Counted from the first letter of the stretch, positions 1 through 10,229 are shown. The stretch is 64,000 bases of DNA from Planctomycetota bacterium (GCA_947501605.1 CANMWZ010000005.1:1-64000); one strand, 5' to 3'. Notes: generated from the letters alone by a model not told the origin. Numbers and translations are program-made.

Positions 1-1430
1 CGCTCCATCACTTCGTCGAAGGTCGAGACGTCGCGCACGGTCGCAACCTGCGTGCGCATCACGTCGCGCACGTAGGTCGTCTTCAGCGCGAGCTCTTCGA
101 GGCCGGTCGGCAGATCTTGGCCCTTCGACCGCAACGCCTCGGTGTAGTAGCTGTCTTCGTCGATCATTCGCGCGACCACGCTGGCGGTGATGCTGCAGAG
201 CATGATCGGCAGCACCAGCTCGTAGTGACCCGTGAGTTCGAACACCAACACGACGGCGGTCACCGGCGCGTGCGTGACCGCGGCGCAGAGGCCCGCCATG
301 CCGACGAAGGCAAACGTGATCTGCTCGTGGCGGGCCAGCTCTTCGCTGGCGTTGGGCGCGATCCACTCGAGTCCGTGGGCGAAGAACGCGCCGAAGGCGG
401 CGCCGACGACGAGATTGGGCGTGAAGATGCCGCCGAGCCCGCCACTGCCGATCGTGGTCACCGTGGCTGCGAGCTTCCATACGAACAGCGAGAGGACCAT
501 CGTCAGCGGCGCCGGATTGGTGCCATCGACGATGTTGGCGATCACGTCGAAGCCGTTGCCCCAGACTTCGGGCACGAACAGACCCATGGCGCCGACAAAC
601 AGTCCACCAAGTCCCAGCAGCAAGGGTGGCGACAGCTTCAGCGCCAGGAACGCCTGTCGGCCGCTCTTCAGCAACCGGCGGAACAGGATGCCGCCGAAGC
701 CACAGAACACGCCGAGAAGCAGCGCTGCGAGCACGAGGTGCCACGACAGCACACCGAGGTCCTGGGGCAGGCCGCCGCCGTAGATGGCGCGTTCGTCAAG
801 CAGTGCGCGGCGCAGGATCGTGGCCAGCACCGACGACACGACGATCGGTGCGAACACGTCCATCGCGAAGTTGCCGAGTACGGCTTCCATCACGAAGATC
901 GCGCTGGCGATGGGTGCGTTGTAGGACGTGGCCATGCCGGCGGCGATGCCGCAGCCGAGCAGCATCGCGCGCGTGCGCGAGTTGACGCGGAAAGCTCGAC
1001 CGAGCGCCGCCGCAAACGTCGCTGCAAGCTGCGAGTTGGCGCCTTCTTTGCCAATGCTGCCGCCCGAACCGATGGTGCAGGCCGACGACACGATCTGCAC
1101 GAGGCTGTCACGGATGCGAATGGTGCCGCGACGCAGTGCGACGAGGCCGATGATGTCGGAGATGCCAAACGGCGCGCGCTTGTTGGACAGCAGCCAGAGC
1201 ACGGCGCCAGCGAGCACGCCGCCGAGCGTGGGCACCAGCACGGTCTGCAGCGGGGACAGGTGGATGCGGACCGCGTCGGAGAGCCGGTCGCCGTCGCCAA
1301 CGAGCGTGTGCTGCAACCAGGTCAGCAGATGCTGGAACCAAGTGCCCAAGAGGCCGCCCGCGACGCCGATCAGGGCGGCGAGCAAGAAGATGCCGACGGT
1401 GCGCGTCGGGATGCCTTTGGCCCCGGTCAT
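1..1430 (-). CDS. ClC-family chloride channel/transporter with start of C-terminal CBS domain (runs off the window's left edge)
   Basis: Not in the ORF track; translated by hand from ATG at 1430 (in-frame TGA upstream at 1455-1457). Contains GSGGSIGKEGA (ClC gating-Glu motif), GMATSYNAPIASAIFVME, GIFTPNL and SYYT, then VRDVM (CBS start). Many hydrophobic helices. Confidence 0.92.
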   Translation of the reverse strand, partial: MTGAKGIPTRTVGIFLLAALIGVAGGLLGTWFQHLLTWLQHTLVGDGDRLSDAVRIHLSPLQTVLVPTLGGVLAGAVLWLLSNKRAPFGISDIIGLVALRRGTIRIRDSLVQIVSSACTIGSGGSIGKEGANSQLAATFAAALGRAFRVNSRTRAMLLGCGIAAGMATSYNAPIASAIFVMEAVLGNFAMDVFAPIVVSSVLATILRRALLDERAIYGGGLPQDLGVLSWHLVLAALLLGVFCGFGGILFRRLLKSGRQAFLALKLSPPLLLGLGGLFVGAMGLFVPEVWGNGFDVIANIVDGTNPAPLTMVLSLFVWKLAATVTTIGSGGLGGIFTPNLVVGAAFGAFFAHGLEWIAPNASEELARHEQITFAFVGMAGLCAAVTHAPVTAVVLVFELTGHYELVLPIMLCSITASVVARMIDEDSYYTEALRSKGQDLPTGLEELALKTTYVRDVMRTQVATVRDVSTFDEVME

Positions 1431-1507
1431 GGCGATGAAGAAGAGCGCAGAGGTTCATCGACGCAGGCGGGCCGGTCAAGCGCGGCTGTGCGATCGTGAC
1501 TCTGCGT

Positions 1508-2986
1508 TCAGTCGGCGTCTTCGTCGCAGCCGCGGCGCAGGCACGCGCCGTGCACGGTCTGCGTCAGATAATCCAGCGCGTCGAACCCTTCCTCGGGTAC
1601 CGGCACGGAGCGATCGCGCGTGTAGACCGACTGAACTGTGCGCACAGTGCCGTCGACCCGCTGGCCAATCGTGATCTCGTCGGGCGCGCCGGTCGAAAGG
1701 TCGGTGCCACCCGGGCCGGTCAACAACCGCACCGCCGGTTCGGCCGGGGTACGACCCTGGCGCAAGACGAGGGCCATCGAGCCATCGTCGAGGCGGATGC
1801 GCGAGCCCTGCGGGAAGGCCCCGAGTGTGCGAACAAACAGCCGGAGCCACCGCGGGTCGAAGTCGCGCTGATGGCGGCGCATGACGGCATAGGCCTCGAT
1901 CGGCGTCAGCGCGCGTTTGTACGGACGCACGGACGTCAGCGCTTCGAACACGTCGCAGACGCGAACCAGCCGGCTGACGCCGGATGGTTGCACCGGCAAC
2001 AGCGTGCTGGGGTAGCCGCCGCCGTGCCCATCCATGTGGTGGCAGAAGGCGGCGCCGATGGCGCTCGCGTGCACGTCTGGTTGTTCGAGCAGGATGTCAG
2101 CCCCGAGGCGGGGGTGTTGGGCCATCCACACCCACTCCCCTTCGTCGAGTTTGCCGCGCTTCCACAGGATCTCCTGCGGCACCTTCGACTTGCCGATGTC
2201 GTGCAGCAACGCGGCGATGCCCACTTCGACGAGTTTCTCGCGATCCGCGCCCGCAGCGCGCGCGACCTGGAGCGCGAGCAACGCAACTCGCACCGAATGG
2301 CCGACCGTGAAACGGTCGACGTTGTCTTGGGCCGCGAGCGAAAGGAGTCCGCTGGGCTCCTGCTCCAATCGAATCAGCGTGCGTTCGATCGTGCCCGCCG
2401 CACGATCGACGCCGACGGCGCGGTCGTGCACCGCCGCCGCTGAACTCTGCTGTAGCGCGTCGATCAGTTCCTGATACTGGTGCAGGTCTGGTCGCGTGGC
2501 ATCGAGCATCGCGGCCGTCCGGTTGCCTGGGTCCGCGGGGGTCGAAGAAGTGATCCGCACATGGCGCACGCCGAACGCGCGCAGCGAATGTTCGCGATGC
2601 TGCCGCAACAAGGCGTCCTGGTTCTGGTCCTGCAGCAGCAGGTCGAAGAGCCGATTGCACTCCTCGACACCGAGCTCGGGTTGGAACGTGAGCGTCGCGA
2701 CTTCGCGCCGCGTCAGCGCTCGCAACAGTGTGCGCGCCTGAAGGCTCGGGGCGAGCAGCAGTGCGCCGTCGTGGTAGATCGCGTCGTCGCCGAACTGCAG
2801 CGACAGCGGCATCTCGACGCCGCAGGTCTGCGCCTGGCGCAAGGCGAGCACGAAGGACAGCAACGCCTGCGTCACGTGGATGCTGTCGCGACCATGCACT
2901 TCGCGGCACTGCGCGGCGGTTACCAGCGAGTGCGCGCATTCGAGCACGGCGGTGCTGCGCAGTTCGAGCTGGGTGAAGGGCATCAT
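1508..2986 (-). CDS. HD-GYP domain protein (putative c-di-GMP phosphodiesterase)
   Basis: HSVRVA, LLHDIGK, HPRLGA, HHMDGHGGGYP, DVFEALTSVRPYK motifs. Confidence 0.9.
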   Translation of the reverse strand: MMPFTQLELRSTAVLECAHSLVTAAQCREVHGRDSIHVTQALLSFVLALRQAQTCGVEMPLSLQFGDDAIYHDGALLLAPSLQARTLLRALTRREVATLTFQPELGVEECNRLFDLLLQDQNQDALLRQHREHSLRAFGVRHVRITSSTPADPGNRTAAMLDATRPDLHQYQELIDALQQSSAAAVHDRAVGVDRAAGTIERTLIRLEQEPSGLLSLAAQDNVDRFTVGHSVRVALLALQVARAAGADREKLVEVGIAALLHDIGKSKVPQEILWKRGKLDEGEWVWMAQHPRLGADILLEQPDVHASAIGAAFCHHMDGHGGGYPSTLLPVQPSGVSRLVRVCDVFEALTSVRPYKRALTPIEAYAVMRRHQRDFDPRWLRLFVRTLGAFPQGSRIRLDDGSMALVLRQGRTPAEPAVRLLTGPGGTDLSTGAPDEITIGQRVDGTVRTVQSVYTRDRSVPVPEEGFDALDYLTQTVHGACLRRGCDEDAD

Positions 2987-3630
2987 GCCGGGTCCCCGTC
3001 GAGATCATCGAGGGTGGCCGCGGGCAGGCTGCGGATCACCGTGTTGGCGACTCGGCCGCAGAGATCCCTCAGTCGCGCTTCTGCCTCAGCATCGCCGCCG
3101 GTAGCGGGGTCGAGGACGTTGAGCTGTTCGATCAGCGAAGTGGCAAGGCTGTCGAGGTCGCGCGCCGCGGCATTGCCCATCTGCGCCAGCAGTGAGACCG
3201 CTCGCTGCTTGGCCTGATCGCGCGAACGTGCTGCCGCCTCGGCGAGGATCGCAACGAACTCGGCATCCTGGTGTTCGCCGAGAGCCGGCACTTCGCTATC
3301 GCTGAACTCTCCGCGCACGGCCGCATCGAGCGTGGCGGTGAGCTCCTGCGGCGAGACGCACTCGAGCCGCATTTCGCCGTCAACTGGGATCGGCTGCGGG
3401 GTGTCAAACTCCAGCAACTGGCGAAAGATGCTCTCGGTCGCCTCGCACAATCGCGCTTCGAGCATCGGATCCGTGGCGTCGAACATGGCGGACGGCAGCG
3501 AGGTCGTCCGCTTCAGTTGCGTCTGCAGGTCGAGCTGGTGCCGCGCGATCGCGGCCTGAAAGTGCTCGCCTGCTCGGTCGGATGCGTTCTTGTCCAAGGC
3601 AGCGCGCGTCGGGCGCGCGTTGGCTTTCAT
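2983..3630 (-). CDS. hypothetical helical protein, coupled to the HD-GYP gene
   Basis: ATG at 3630 (MKANARP...); its TGA overlaps the HD-GYP ATG (ATGA); start uncertain; the longer ORF call overlaps the thiolase. Confidence 0.65.
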   Translation of the reverse strand: MKANARPTRAALDKNASDRAGEHFQAAIARHQLDLQTQLKRTTSLPSAMFDATDPMLEARLCEATESIFRQLLEFDTPQPIPVDGEMRLECVSPQELTATLDAAVRGEFSDSEVPALGEHQDAEFVAILAEAAARSRDQAKQRAVSLLAQMGNAAARDLDSLATSLIEQLNVLDPATGGDAEAEARLRDLCGRVANTVIRSLPAATLDDLDGDPA

Positions 3631-3801
3631 CGGTCGGCCAGTGGTCACCGCCTGAGTCCGTCCTGGATCGGTGTGCTCGGGTCTTGGCTGGTAGGTGCGA
3701 CGCAAAGGCTGTCCGGGCCGGCGCCGCAAGCGAGCCTCGGGTCGCAACGCGCCCGCCGCCCCCGTATGGTGCGCGCCCGATTCTCCAGAACGCCCCATCG
3801 C

Positions 3802-4980
3802 ATGGAACGCATCGCCATCGTCGCCGCCGTCCGCACGCCCATCGGCAAGTTCCAGGGCTCGCTGTCTTCCTTGACTGCGGTTGACCTCGGGGCCCACGCA
3901 ACGAGGGCCGCGCTGCAAATCGCCAAGGTGATTCCGACCGACGTCGACGAGTGCTTTTTTGGCCAGGCGCGACAACTGGGTTCCGGTCCAAATCCAGCGC
4001 GCCAGGTCGCGATCGCGGCGGGCTGCGGCGACGGCTGTGTCGCCACGACGGTCAACAAGGCCTGCGGATCCAGTCTCAAGGCGATCGACTTCGCCCGCGC
4101 CGCGCTGCTGCTCGAAGGCAAGCGCACGGTGGTGGTGGGTGGCATGGAGAGCATGACCAACATCCCGTTCCTGTTGCCGCAGATCCGGCAGGGCTATCGC
4201 CTCGGCCACCAACCGGTGCTCGACGGCAACTTCCAGGACGGATTCACCTGCGGCATCCTGAAGGAGCCGATGGGGATGACGGCGGAGTACCTGGCGCAGG
4301 ACTACGCGATCTCGCGGCAGGCCCAGGATGACTACGCGCTACAGAGCCACCAGCGTGCCGCGGCGGCGCAGAAGGCCGGGGTCTTTGCTGCCGAGATCGC
4401 ACCGATCCGCATCGACGGCAAGAAGGGACCGACCGTGGTCGACACCGACGAGCACGTCCGCCACGGCATCGCAATCAGCGACCTGCAGAAGCTGCCGCCG
4501 GTGTTCCTCCCAAAAACCGGCACAGTGCACGCGGGCAACAGTTCTGGCATCACCGATGGCGCCTCGTGCCTTGTGTTGATGACCGAGAGCGAGTGCGCGC
4601 GTCGCGGCCTCTCGGCGCTGGCGTGGCTCGGTAGCTCGGCGACCGCGGGCGTCAGTCCGCGCATCATGGGCATCGGTCCGGTGCCCGCGACCAAGAAGCT
4701 GCTGGCGCAGACGGGACGGGTGCTCTCGGACTACGGTCTCGTGGAGCTCAACGAAGCGTTCGCAGCGCAGATGCTCGCTTGCCTGCACGATCTGCCGATC
4801 GCGCGCGACCGGCTCAACGTCAACGGCGGCGCCCTCGCCCTCGGGCATCCGATCGGGGCGACCGGCGCGCGCATCGTGGTGACGCTCGTGCACGAGATGG
4901 CCCGCCGCGGCGAGAAACGCGGCCTCGCTGCACTGTGCATGAGTGGTGGCATGGGCATGGCGGTCGAGTTCGAGCGCTGA
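3802..4980 (+). CDS. acetyl-CoA C-acyltransferase (thiolase)
   Basis: MERIAIVAAVRTPIGKF start; NKACGSS (catalytic Cys), NEAFA, GHPIGATG, CMSGGMG. Confidence 0.96.
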   Translation: MERIAIVAAVRTPIGKFQGSLSSLTAVDLGAHATRAALQIAKVIPTDVDECFFGQARQLGSGPNPARQVAIAAGCGDGCVATTVNKACGSSLKAIDFARAALLLEGKRTVVVGGMESMTNIPFLLPQIRQGYRLGHQPVLDGNFQDGFTCGILKEPMGMTAEYLAQDYAISRQAQDDYALQSHQRAAAAQKAGVFAAEIAPIRIDGKKGPTVVDTDEHVRHGIAISDLQKLPPVFLPKTGTVHAGNSSGITDGASCLVLMTESECARRGLSALAWLGSSATAGVSPRIMGIGPVPATKKLLAQTGRVLSDYGLVELNEAFAAQMLACLHDLPIARDRLNVNGGALALGHPIGATGARIVVTLVHEMARRGEKRGLAALCMSGGMGMAVEFER

Positions 4981-5272
4981 CTGGTGGGGATCGGCGGCGG
5001 CGGCACCTCTGGCCCGCCCGCGCCGGTCCGCTCGCCGATTCGTGGTTCTGGCGCCCACGGCTTGGGATTGTCCCTATTGGGTTGCCCTTCTCGGGTGGCC
5101 CCTATTGGCGGAAAGGTGCGGCGCAGTCGCCATGACCGGGATCCCGCGTTCGTTCCTACGGCTGCCGGCGGAGCCGGCGAGCGCGGGGCAAACGGGGTCA
5201 GGCGGCGCATCGCGTCGTTGCGCCGAGCAGCGGCCGGGAGCTACAACCTCCGCCCTTCGTTCCGCGACCGCC

Positions 5273-6223
5273 ATGATCCGAATCCTCGTAGCCGCGTTCT
5301 CGTTCGCCTGCGCCCTGCCGATGGCAGTGGCCCAGGACATCCCCGGTGTCCGCACGACGCTCACAGCTGAGCCCGCCATGGTGCGCGGCAGCGAAGTTGT
5401 GCTGCGCCTCTCCATCGAAGTCACCCAGGACGCCGAAGTCCCGGCCGACTTGCTGACTGGTGTGAAGCTCGACGTCAAGGTCGGCGATGCCGCTGGCCCC
5501 ATGGTCCGCGAAGCCGGCAAGGGCGGTGCAGTAGCGCTGTCAGCAGGTACGTCGCTGTCGCGCCTGATCAAGTTGCCAGTCGATCGATTGGCGCCCAATG
5601 CCAAGGACGGCATGGGCGTGGTCACGATCGCAATTTCGTGGCCGGACATGACCGGTGCCAACTGCGTCGTGCAGATCGCTCCAGACCTCAGCAAGATCTC
5701 GATCGACCAGCTCGACCTCAAGAAGACCAAGGTCGTGCTCGTCACCAACTACGGTGAGATGACGATCGCCTTCTATGCCGACAAGGCCCCGGAGACGGTC
5801 AAGAACTTCCTCAAGCTGGCCAAGGACGGCTTCTACGACGGCACGAAGTTCCATCGCGTGATCCGCAACTTCATGGTTCAAGGCGGCGACCCGCTGACCA
5901 AGAACGACGACCAGCAGGCGCGCTGGGGCACTGGCGATCCGGGCTACAAGGTCAAGGCCGAGTTCAACGACACCAAGCACACGCGCGGTACGTTGTCGAT
6001 GGCGCGCAGCGCCGACCCAGACAGCGCCGGTTCGCAGTTCTTCGTCTGCCACGCGGATGCCGCGCACCTCGACAATCAGTACACCGCGTTTGGTGCACTC
6101 GAATCGGGGCTCGACGTGCTCGACAAGATCGCCAACGTGCAGTGCGGCGGCAACGAGCGCAGCACGCCGCTGCAGCCAGTCAAGCTGGAGCAGGCGATCG
6201 TCATGCCGGTCATGAAGCAGTGA
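5273..6223 (+). CDS. secreted cyclophilin-type peptidyl-prolyl isomerase with N-terminal extra domain
   Basis: Signal peptide MIRILVAAFSFACALPMAVAQ; FYDGTKFHRVIRNFMVQGGDP, GTLSMAR, SAGSQFF, HLDNQYTAFG. Confidence 0.92.
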   Translation: MIRILVAAFSFACALPMAVAQDIPGVRTTLTAEPAMVRGSEVVLRLSIEVTQDAEVPADLLTGVKLDVKVGDAAGPMVREAGKGGAVALSAGTSLSRLIKLPVDRLAPNAKDGMGVVTIAISWPDMTGANCVVQIAPDLSKISIDQLDLKKTKVVLVTNYGEMTIAFYADKAPETVKNFLKLAKDGFYDGTKFHRVIRNFMVQGGDPLTKNDDQQARWGTGDPGYKVKAEFNDTKHTRGTLSMARSADPDSAGSQFFVCHADAAHLDNQYTAFGALESGLDVLDKIANVQCGGNERSTPLQPVKLEQAIVMPVMKQ

Positions 6224-6237
6224 AAGGAGACCGGACC

Positions 6238-6795
6238 ATGATCGATCTCGACAACACCGACCCGAGCCAGATCGAAGCCGCGATGGTGACCAGCAAGGGC
6301 ACCATGGTGGTGACGTTCTTCCCGGACAAGGCGCCCCTGCACGTGCAGAGCTTTCTCAAGCTGGCGCAGAAGGGCTTCTACGACGGCCTCGCGTTCCACC
6401 GCGTGATCCGCAACTTCATGCTGCAGGGCGGTTGCCCCAACACCAGGAAGGGAGCAACCGGCCAGCCCGGAACTGGCCGCCCTGAGGGGCCGGGTCTGCG
6501 CGCCGAGTTCAACGACATCCCGCACACGCGCGGCATCCTGTCGATGGCTCGCAGTCGCGACCCCAACAGCGCCGGTTCGCAATTCTTCGTCGTTCATGCC
6601 GAACATGCCACGCACCTGGACGGCCAATACACGGTCTTCGGCAAGGTCGAGGACGGGCTCGAGGTGCTCGACGACATTGCCTCGGTCGAATGCTCGTTCG
6701 GCGGTGGCGGCGAGAAGTCGACCCCCAAGGAACGCATCGAGATCGAACGAGTCGAAGTGCGCGCGCGGCAGCAGCGTGGTGAGGCGCCGGCGTGA
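6238..6795 (+). CDS. cyclophilin-type peptidyl-prolyl isomerase (cytoplasmic)
   Basis: AAGGAG upstream of ATG 6238; FYDGLAFHRVIRNFMLQGGCP, SAGSQFF, HLDGQYTVFG. Confidence 0.94.
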   Translation: MIDLDNTDPSQIEAAMVTSKGTMVVTFFPDKAPLHVQSFLKLAQKGFYDGLAFHRVIRNFMLQGGCPNTRKGATGQPGTGRPEGPGLRAEFNDIPHTRGILSMARSRDPNSAGSQFFVVHAEHATHLDGQYTVFGKVEDGLEVLDDIASVECSFGGGGEKSTPKERIEIERVEVRARQQRGEAPA

Positions 6796-7583
6796 CGGCG
6801 GCGATGCAGAACGTGCTGTGCGATCGCGAGGGACACCTCGCGATCGTCACGGTCAACCGCCCGCAGAAGCTCAACGCGCTCGACGCCCAGACGATCGGCG
6901 AACTCGACTGCTGCATCGCCGCGCTCGAGCAGGATGCGACGGTCGGTGCGATCGTGATCACCGGTGCCGGCGAGAAGGCCTTCGTCGCTGGCGCTGACAT
7001 CACGGTGCTCGCCAAGCAGGGCGTGCTCGACGGCAGCGACAACGCGCGCCTCGGTCAGGCTTTGACCAGTCGGATCGAGAACTGCAAGAAGCCCGTGCTC
7101 GCAGCAATCAACGGGTTTGCGCTCGGCGGCGGCCTCGAACTCGCTCTGGCGTGCGATTGCCGCTTTGCGGCGGAGAACGCCAAGCTCGGCCTGCCCGAAG
7201 TGTCGCTCGGCATTGTCCCCGGCTATGGCGGCACCCAGCGACTGCCGCGCTTGTGCGGCACGGGGATCGCTTTGCAGATGATCCTGACCGGCGATCCGGT
7301 GACGGCAACCGAAGCGCTGCGCATCGGCCTCGTGAACGGCGTGTTTCCAGCCGCGGACCTGTTGCCGCAGGTGAAGGCCATCGCCAACAAGATGGTGTCG
7401 CGCGGGCCGCAGGCGCTGGCACTCGCCAAGCAAGCTGTGCGTCGCGGCATGCATTTGTCGATGCAGGATGGGCTCGCGCTCGAGGCCGACCTGTTCGGCG
7501 CGATCAGCAGCACCGCCGAGATGAAGGAAGGCATGGCGGCGTTCTTGGAGAAGCGAAGAGCTTCGTGGATCCGCGGCTCCTGA
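6792..7583 (+). CDS. enoyl-CoA hydratase (crotonase family)
   Basis: NRPQKLNAL, AFVAGADI, GFALGGGLELALACD, LPEVSLGIVPGYGGTQRL. Confidence 0.95.
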   Translation: MTAAMQNVLCDREGHLAIVTVNRPQKLNALDAQTIGELDCCIAALEQDATVGAIVITGAGEKAFVAGADITVLAKQGVLDGSDNARLGQALTSRIENCKKPVLAAINGFALGGGLELALACDCRFAAENAKLGLPEVSLGIVPGYGGTQRLPRLCGTGIALQMILTGDPVTATEALRIGLVNGVFPAADLLPQVKAIANKMVSRGPQALALAKQAVRRGMHLSMQDGLALEADLFGAISSTAEMKEGMAAFLEKRRASWIRGS

Positions 7584-7599
7584 CGGGGTCGCGCCGCGC

Positions 7600-8823
7600 A
7601 TGACGACGCCGGCCAGCGAGCCCCACGCGGTCGAACGGCTGCAGCGCCTTTCGCGCGGGGAACCGGTGGCGCTGCTGCTCGGTTCGGGTTGGTCGCAGAG
7701 CCTCTTGTGCACCGAGCCAGTCGACGCGCTGTCGCTCGCAGCCGGGGCCGAGATCGGCGCGTTCGAGCTCCTGGAGGCCTTTCTCGAGCGCCATCGCGAT
7801 CGCACCTGCGCCGGGTGGCTCGGCTACGACCTCGGCCGCGATGTCGAGGCGTGGCCGCGCGCGATCGCAGACGACTTCGAAGTTCCGGTGCTCCACATGG
7901 CGGCCTACAGGCGCGCAGAGCCGTGCGCCCCGGTGCCGTTGCCGCCCGCGCCGCCAACGGCACCAGCTCGCGCCTTCACGGCACACACGAGTCGCGCTGA
8001 CTATGAATGCCGCGTCGCCGCCGTGGTCGAGCACATTCGCAGTGGCGATATCTTCCAGGCCAACCTGTCGCAGCCATTCTCGGCGCAGTGGGACGGCGAT
8101 CCTCGAACGCTGTTTTGGCGGCTTTGCGAAGCGAGCCCGGCGCCGTTCTCGGCCTATGTCGAGGATGGCAACGGCACCGCGGTTCTGAGTAGTTCGCCCG
8201 AGGAGTTTCTGTTTCGCGACGGCTCGTTCGTGCGCACGCGACCGATCAAGGGAACGCGGCCGCGTGGCAAGGACGCAGCCAGCGACGCGCGGTTGCTGCA
8301 CGAACTGCTGCACAGCGACAAGGACCTCGCCGAACTGGCGATGATCGTCGATCTCATGCGCAACGATCTCGGCAAGGTTGCACGCACCGGCAGCGTGGTG
8401 GTGGGTCGGTTTCCTGAGCACGCGAGCTTTGCGCACGTGCACCATCTGTTTGCCACCGTGACCGCAGAGGTCGATGACTCGGTAACCGCCGGCGAACTGC
8501 TGCGCGCGACCTTTCCCGGTGGCTCCGTCACTGGGTGTCCCAAGCTGCGTTGTCTCGAGATCCTGGAGCAGATCGAGATCGCGCGCCGTGGCGTTTACAC
8601 CGGCGCAATCGGCGCGTTCTTGCCAGGCGGCAGGATGCACTGCAATGTCGCGATCCGCACGCTGGTGCACCGCGATGGCCGCATCCGTGCCAACGCCGGC
8701 GGTGGCATCACGACGCTCAGCGATCCCGCTGCCGAGTACGACGAGACGCGGCACAAGTTGGCAGGAATGGAGCGCGCGCTGCAATGCCGCGCCAACGCGC
8801 CGGATTCGGAGTCGCGGCGGTGA
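7600..8823 (+). CDS. pabB: aminodeoxychorismate synthase component I / anthranilate synthase component I family
   Basis: GDIFQANLS, PAPFSAY, SSSPEEF, TRPIKGT, MIVDLMRNDL, FPGGSVTGCPK; adjacent class IV aminotransferase favours PabB. Confidence 0.85.
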   Translation: MTTPASEPHAVERLQRLSRGEPVALLLGSGWSQSLLCTEPVDALSLAAGAEIGAFELLEAFLERHRDRTCAGWLGYDLGRDVEAWPRAIADDFEVPVLHMAAYRRAEPCAPVPLPPAPPTAPARAFTAHTSRADYECRVAAVVEHIRSGDIFQANLSQPFSAQWDGDPRTLFWRLCEASPAPFSAYVEDGNGTAVLSSSPEEFLFRDGSFVRTRPIKGTRPRGKDAASDARLLHELLHSDKDLAELAMIVDLMRNDLGKVARTGSVVVGRFPEHASFAHVHHLFATVTAEVDDSVTAGELLRATFPGGSVTGCPKLRCLEILEQIEIARRGVYTGAIGAFLPGGRMHCNVAIRTLVHRDGRIRANAGGGITTLSDPAAEYDETRHKLAGMERALQCRANAPDSESRR

Positions 8824-9560
8824 GTGGTGCGGCGACTTCGCTGATCGAGACGATCGGCGTCTTCCGCGGCGAGCTGCGTCTGTTGGCGCGGCATCAGGCG
8901 CGCCTTGGCGCGGCGATGCTGGCGCTCGGCGATCGCGAGCCGATTCCCGTGAACTTGCAGCAGCGCGCCGAGACGCTGCTCCGCCAGCATCCGGGTCATG
9001 ACATGGTCCGGGTGGAGCGTCGGCTGCCAGCCTGCGGTACCGACGGCGAGTTTGTCCTGAGTTCGCGGTCGCGCGCGCAGTCGCCGTGGGCGCGGTCGCG
9101 CACTGGCGAGCCGGTCAGGTTGTTGCCCGTGGTCGGGCGCCGGCCAACAGCGGCGCCAGCCGCCGAGTACAAGGCCGAACCGCGGACCTACTGGGACGCC
9201 GTGTTGCACGAGGCGCGAAGCGGCGGCGCCGATGACGGCATCCTCCTGGGCGACGACGGTGCAGTGCTCGAGACCGCGGTCGGCAACCTCTGGCTGCTGC
9301 TCGATTCGGTCTGGACGACGCCGCCGCTCGACGGTCGCGTGCTGCCAGGTATCGCTCGTGCTTTGCTGCTCGAACGAGCTGCCCTGGCCGCGATTCCGGT
9401 AGCCGAACGACGGCTCGATCTGGGGGATCTCCACCGAGCAGAAGTTCTTGTCGTTTCGAATGCTGCGTTCGGTCCAGTCCTGGCTGGCCTGGTCTCGGCA
9501 AGCGTCGCGGACTGCAACACGTCGCTGCAGCGGCTGTGGCGATTTGCAGTGGGCGACTGA
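8820..9560 (+). CDS. aminotransferase class IV (putative 4-amino-4-deoxychorismate lyase, PabC-like)
   Basis: GTG overlaps the pabB stop; LIETI, H..RL, YK, VLETAVGN, TPP...LPGIAR, SNA. Confidence 0.8.
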   Translation: MSGAATSLIETIGVFRGELRLLARHQARLGAAMLALGDREPIPVNLQQRAETLLRQHPGHDMVRVERRLPACGTDGEFVLSSRSRAQSPWARSRTGEPVRLLPVVGRRPTAAPAAEYKAEPRTYWDAVLHEARSGGADDGILLGDDGAVLETAVGNLWLLLDSVWTTPPLDGRVLPGIARALLLERAALAAIPVAERRLDLGDLHRAEVLVVSNAAFGPVLAGLVSASVADCNTSLQRLWRFAVGD

Positions 9561-9592
9561 AGTCCCAGTTCGGAACTGCCGATGGGATCGGC

Positions 9593-10162
9593 ATGAACAA
9601 GCTGGTGAAGCCAACGGTCGAGACCAAGAAGGCACCCGCTGCTCCTGCGCTGCGGCGCGAGCCGAGAGCGTTCTCGTTCCTCAAAGCGCGACGGATCACG
9701 ACCTCGCCGCCGGAGATCGACATCGGCGGCAAGGCGATACTCGCCGCGCGCGTCCATGAGTGCATCCCCGCCCTCGCTCGTGCCCTGGTCGACCAGTCGA
9801 TCGCCGCGCACAACGAACGTGGCCGCGAACGTGGCCTTCGTCAGCCGATCCAGCTGTCAGTGCTCAACCGCCGTCGTCGCGCTGCGCGCGCCTGGGTGCA
9901 GTCGGTCGTTTCGGCTGCGGTCGATGCGCCCACATTGCACGCCGTCGCGACGCAGTGGCTGCCGATGTTGACTGGCCACGGCCAGGATCGAGAGGTCGTG
10001 GTGCGGACCGTTCGCGCCAGCATTGAGTTCTTGCGCGGTGCCATCACCGGCGTTCTCTTCGACGAGCCTGCCGACAACTTGCTCGGTCATGCGCGGGCGC
10101 TGCATGTGCTCGAGACAGTGCTCAGCGCCCACCTCGCGGCAGCGGAAGAAGCGCTGCGCTGA
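9593..10162 (+). CDS. hypothetical all-helical protein
   Basis: ATG 9593, 189 aa, typical codon usage; no motif recognised. Confidence 0.65.
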   Translation: MNKLVKPTVETKKAPAAPALRREPRAFSFLKARRITTSPPEIDIGGKAILAARVHECIPALARALVDQSIAAHNERGRERGLRQPIQLSVLNRRRRAARAWVQSVVSAAVDAPTLHAVATQWLPMLTGHGQDREVVVRTVRASIEFLRGAITGVLFDEPADNLLGHARALHVLETVLSAHLAAAEEALR

Positions 10163-10187
10163 CCCCGGTCCGGCCGGGGAAAAGGCC

Positions 10188-10216
10188 TTGCAAGAGCTTC
10201 GGGGGACAGCTAACGT
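10188..10216 (+). promoter_or_regulatory. sigma70-type promoter of the tRNA gene
   Basis: TTGCAA (10188-10193), 17-nt spacer, TAACGT (10211-10216), 13 nt upstream of the tRNA. Confidence 0.6.
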
Positions 10217-10229
10217 CCTCGCCCCTCGC

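Noticed and set aside
117..1499. 460-aa plus-strand ORF and similar long antisense ORFs (e.g. 51608-54301, 47794-50556, 44481-46808)
   Set aside because: Shadow ORFs of real opposite-strand genes, as expected in high-GC DNA.
9593..10162. Possible protoglobin-like fold
   Set aside because: Only a vague helical pattern; no convincing proximal His motif without a profile search.
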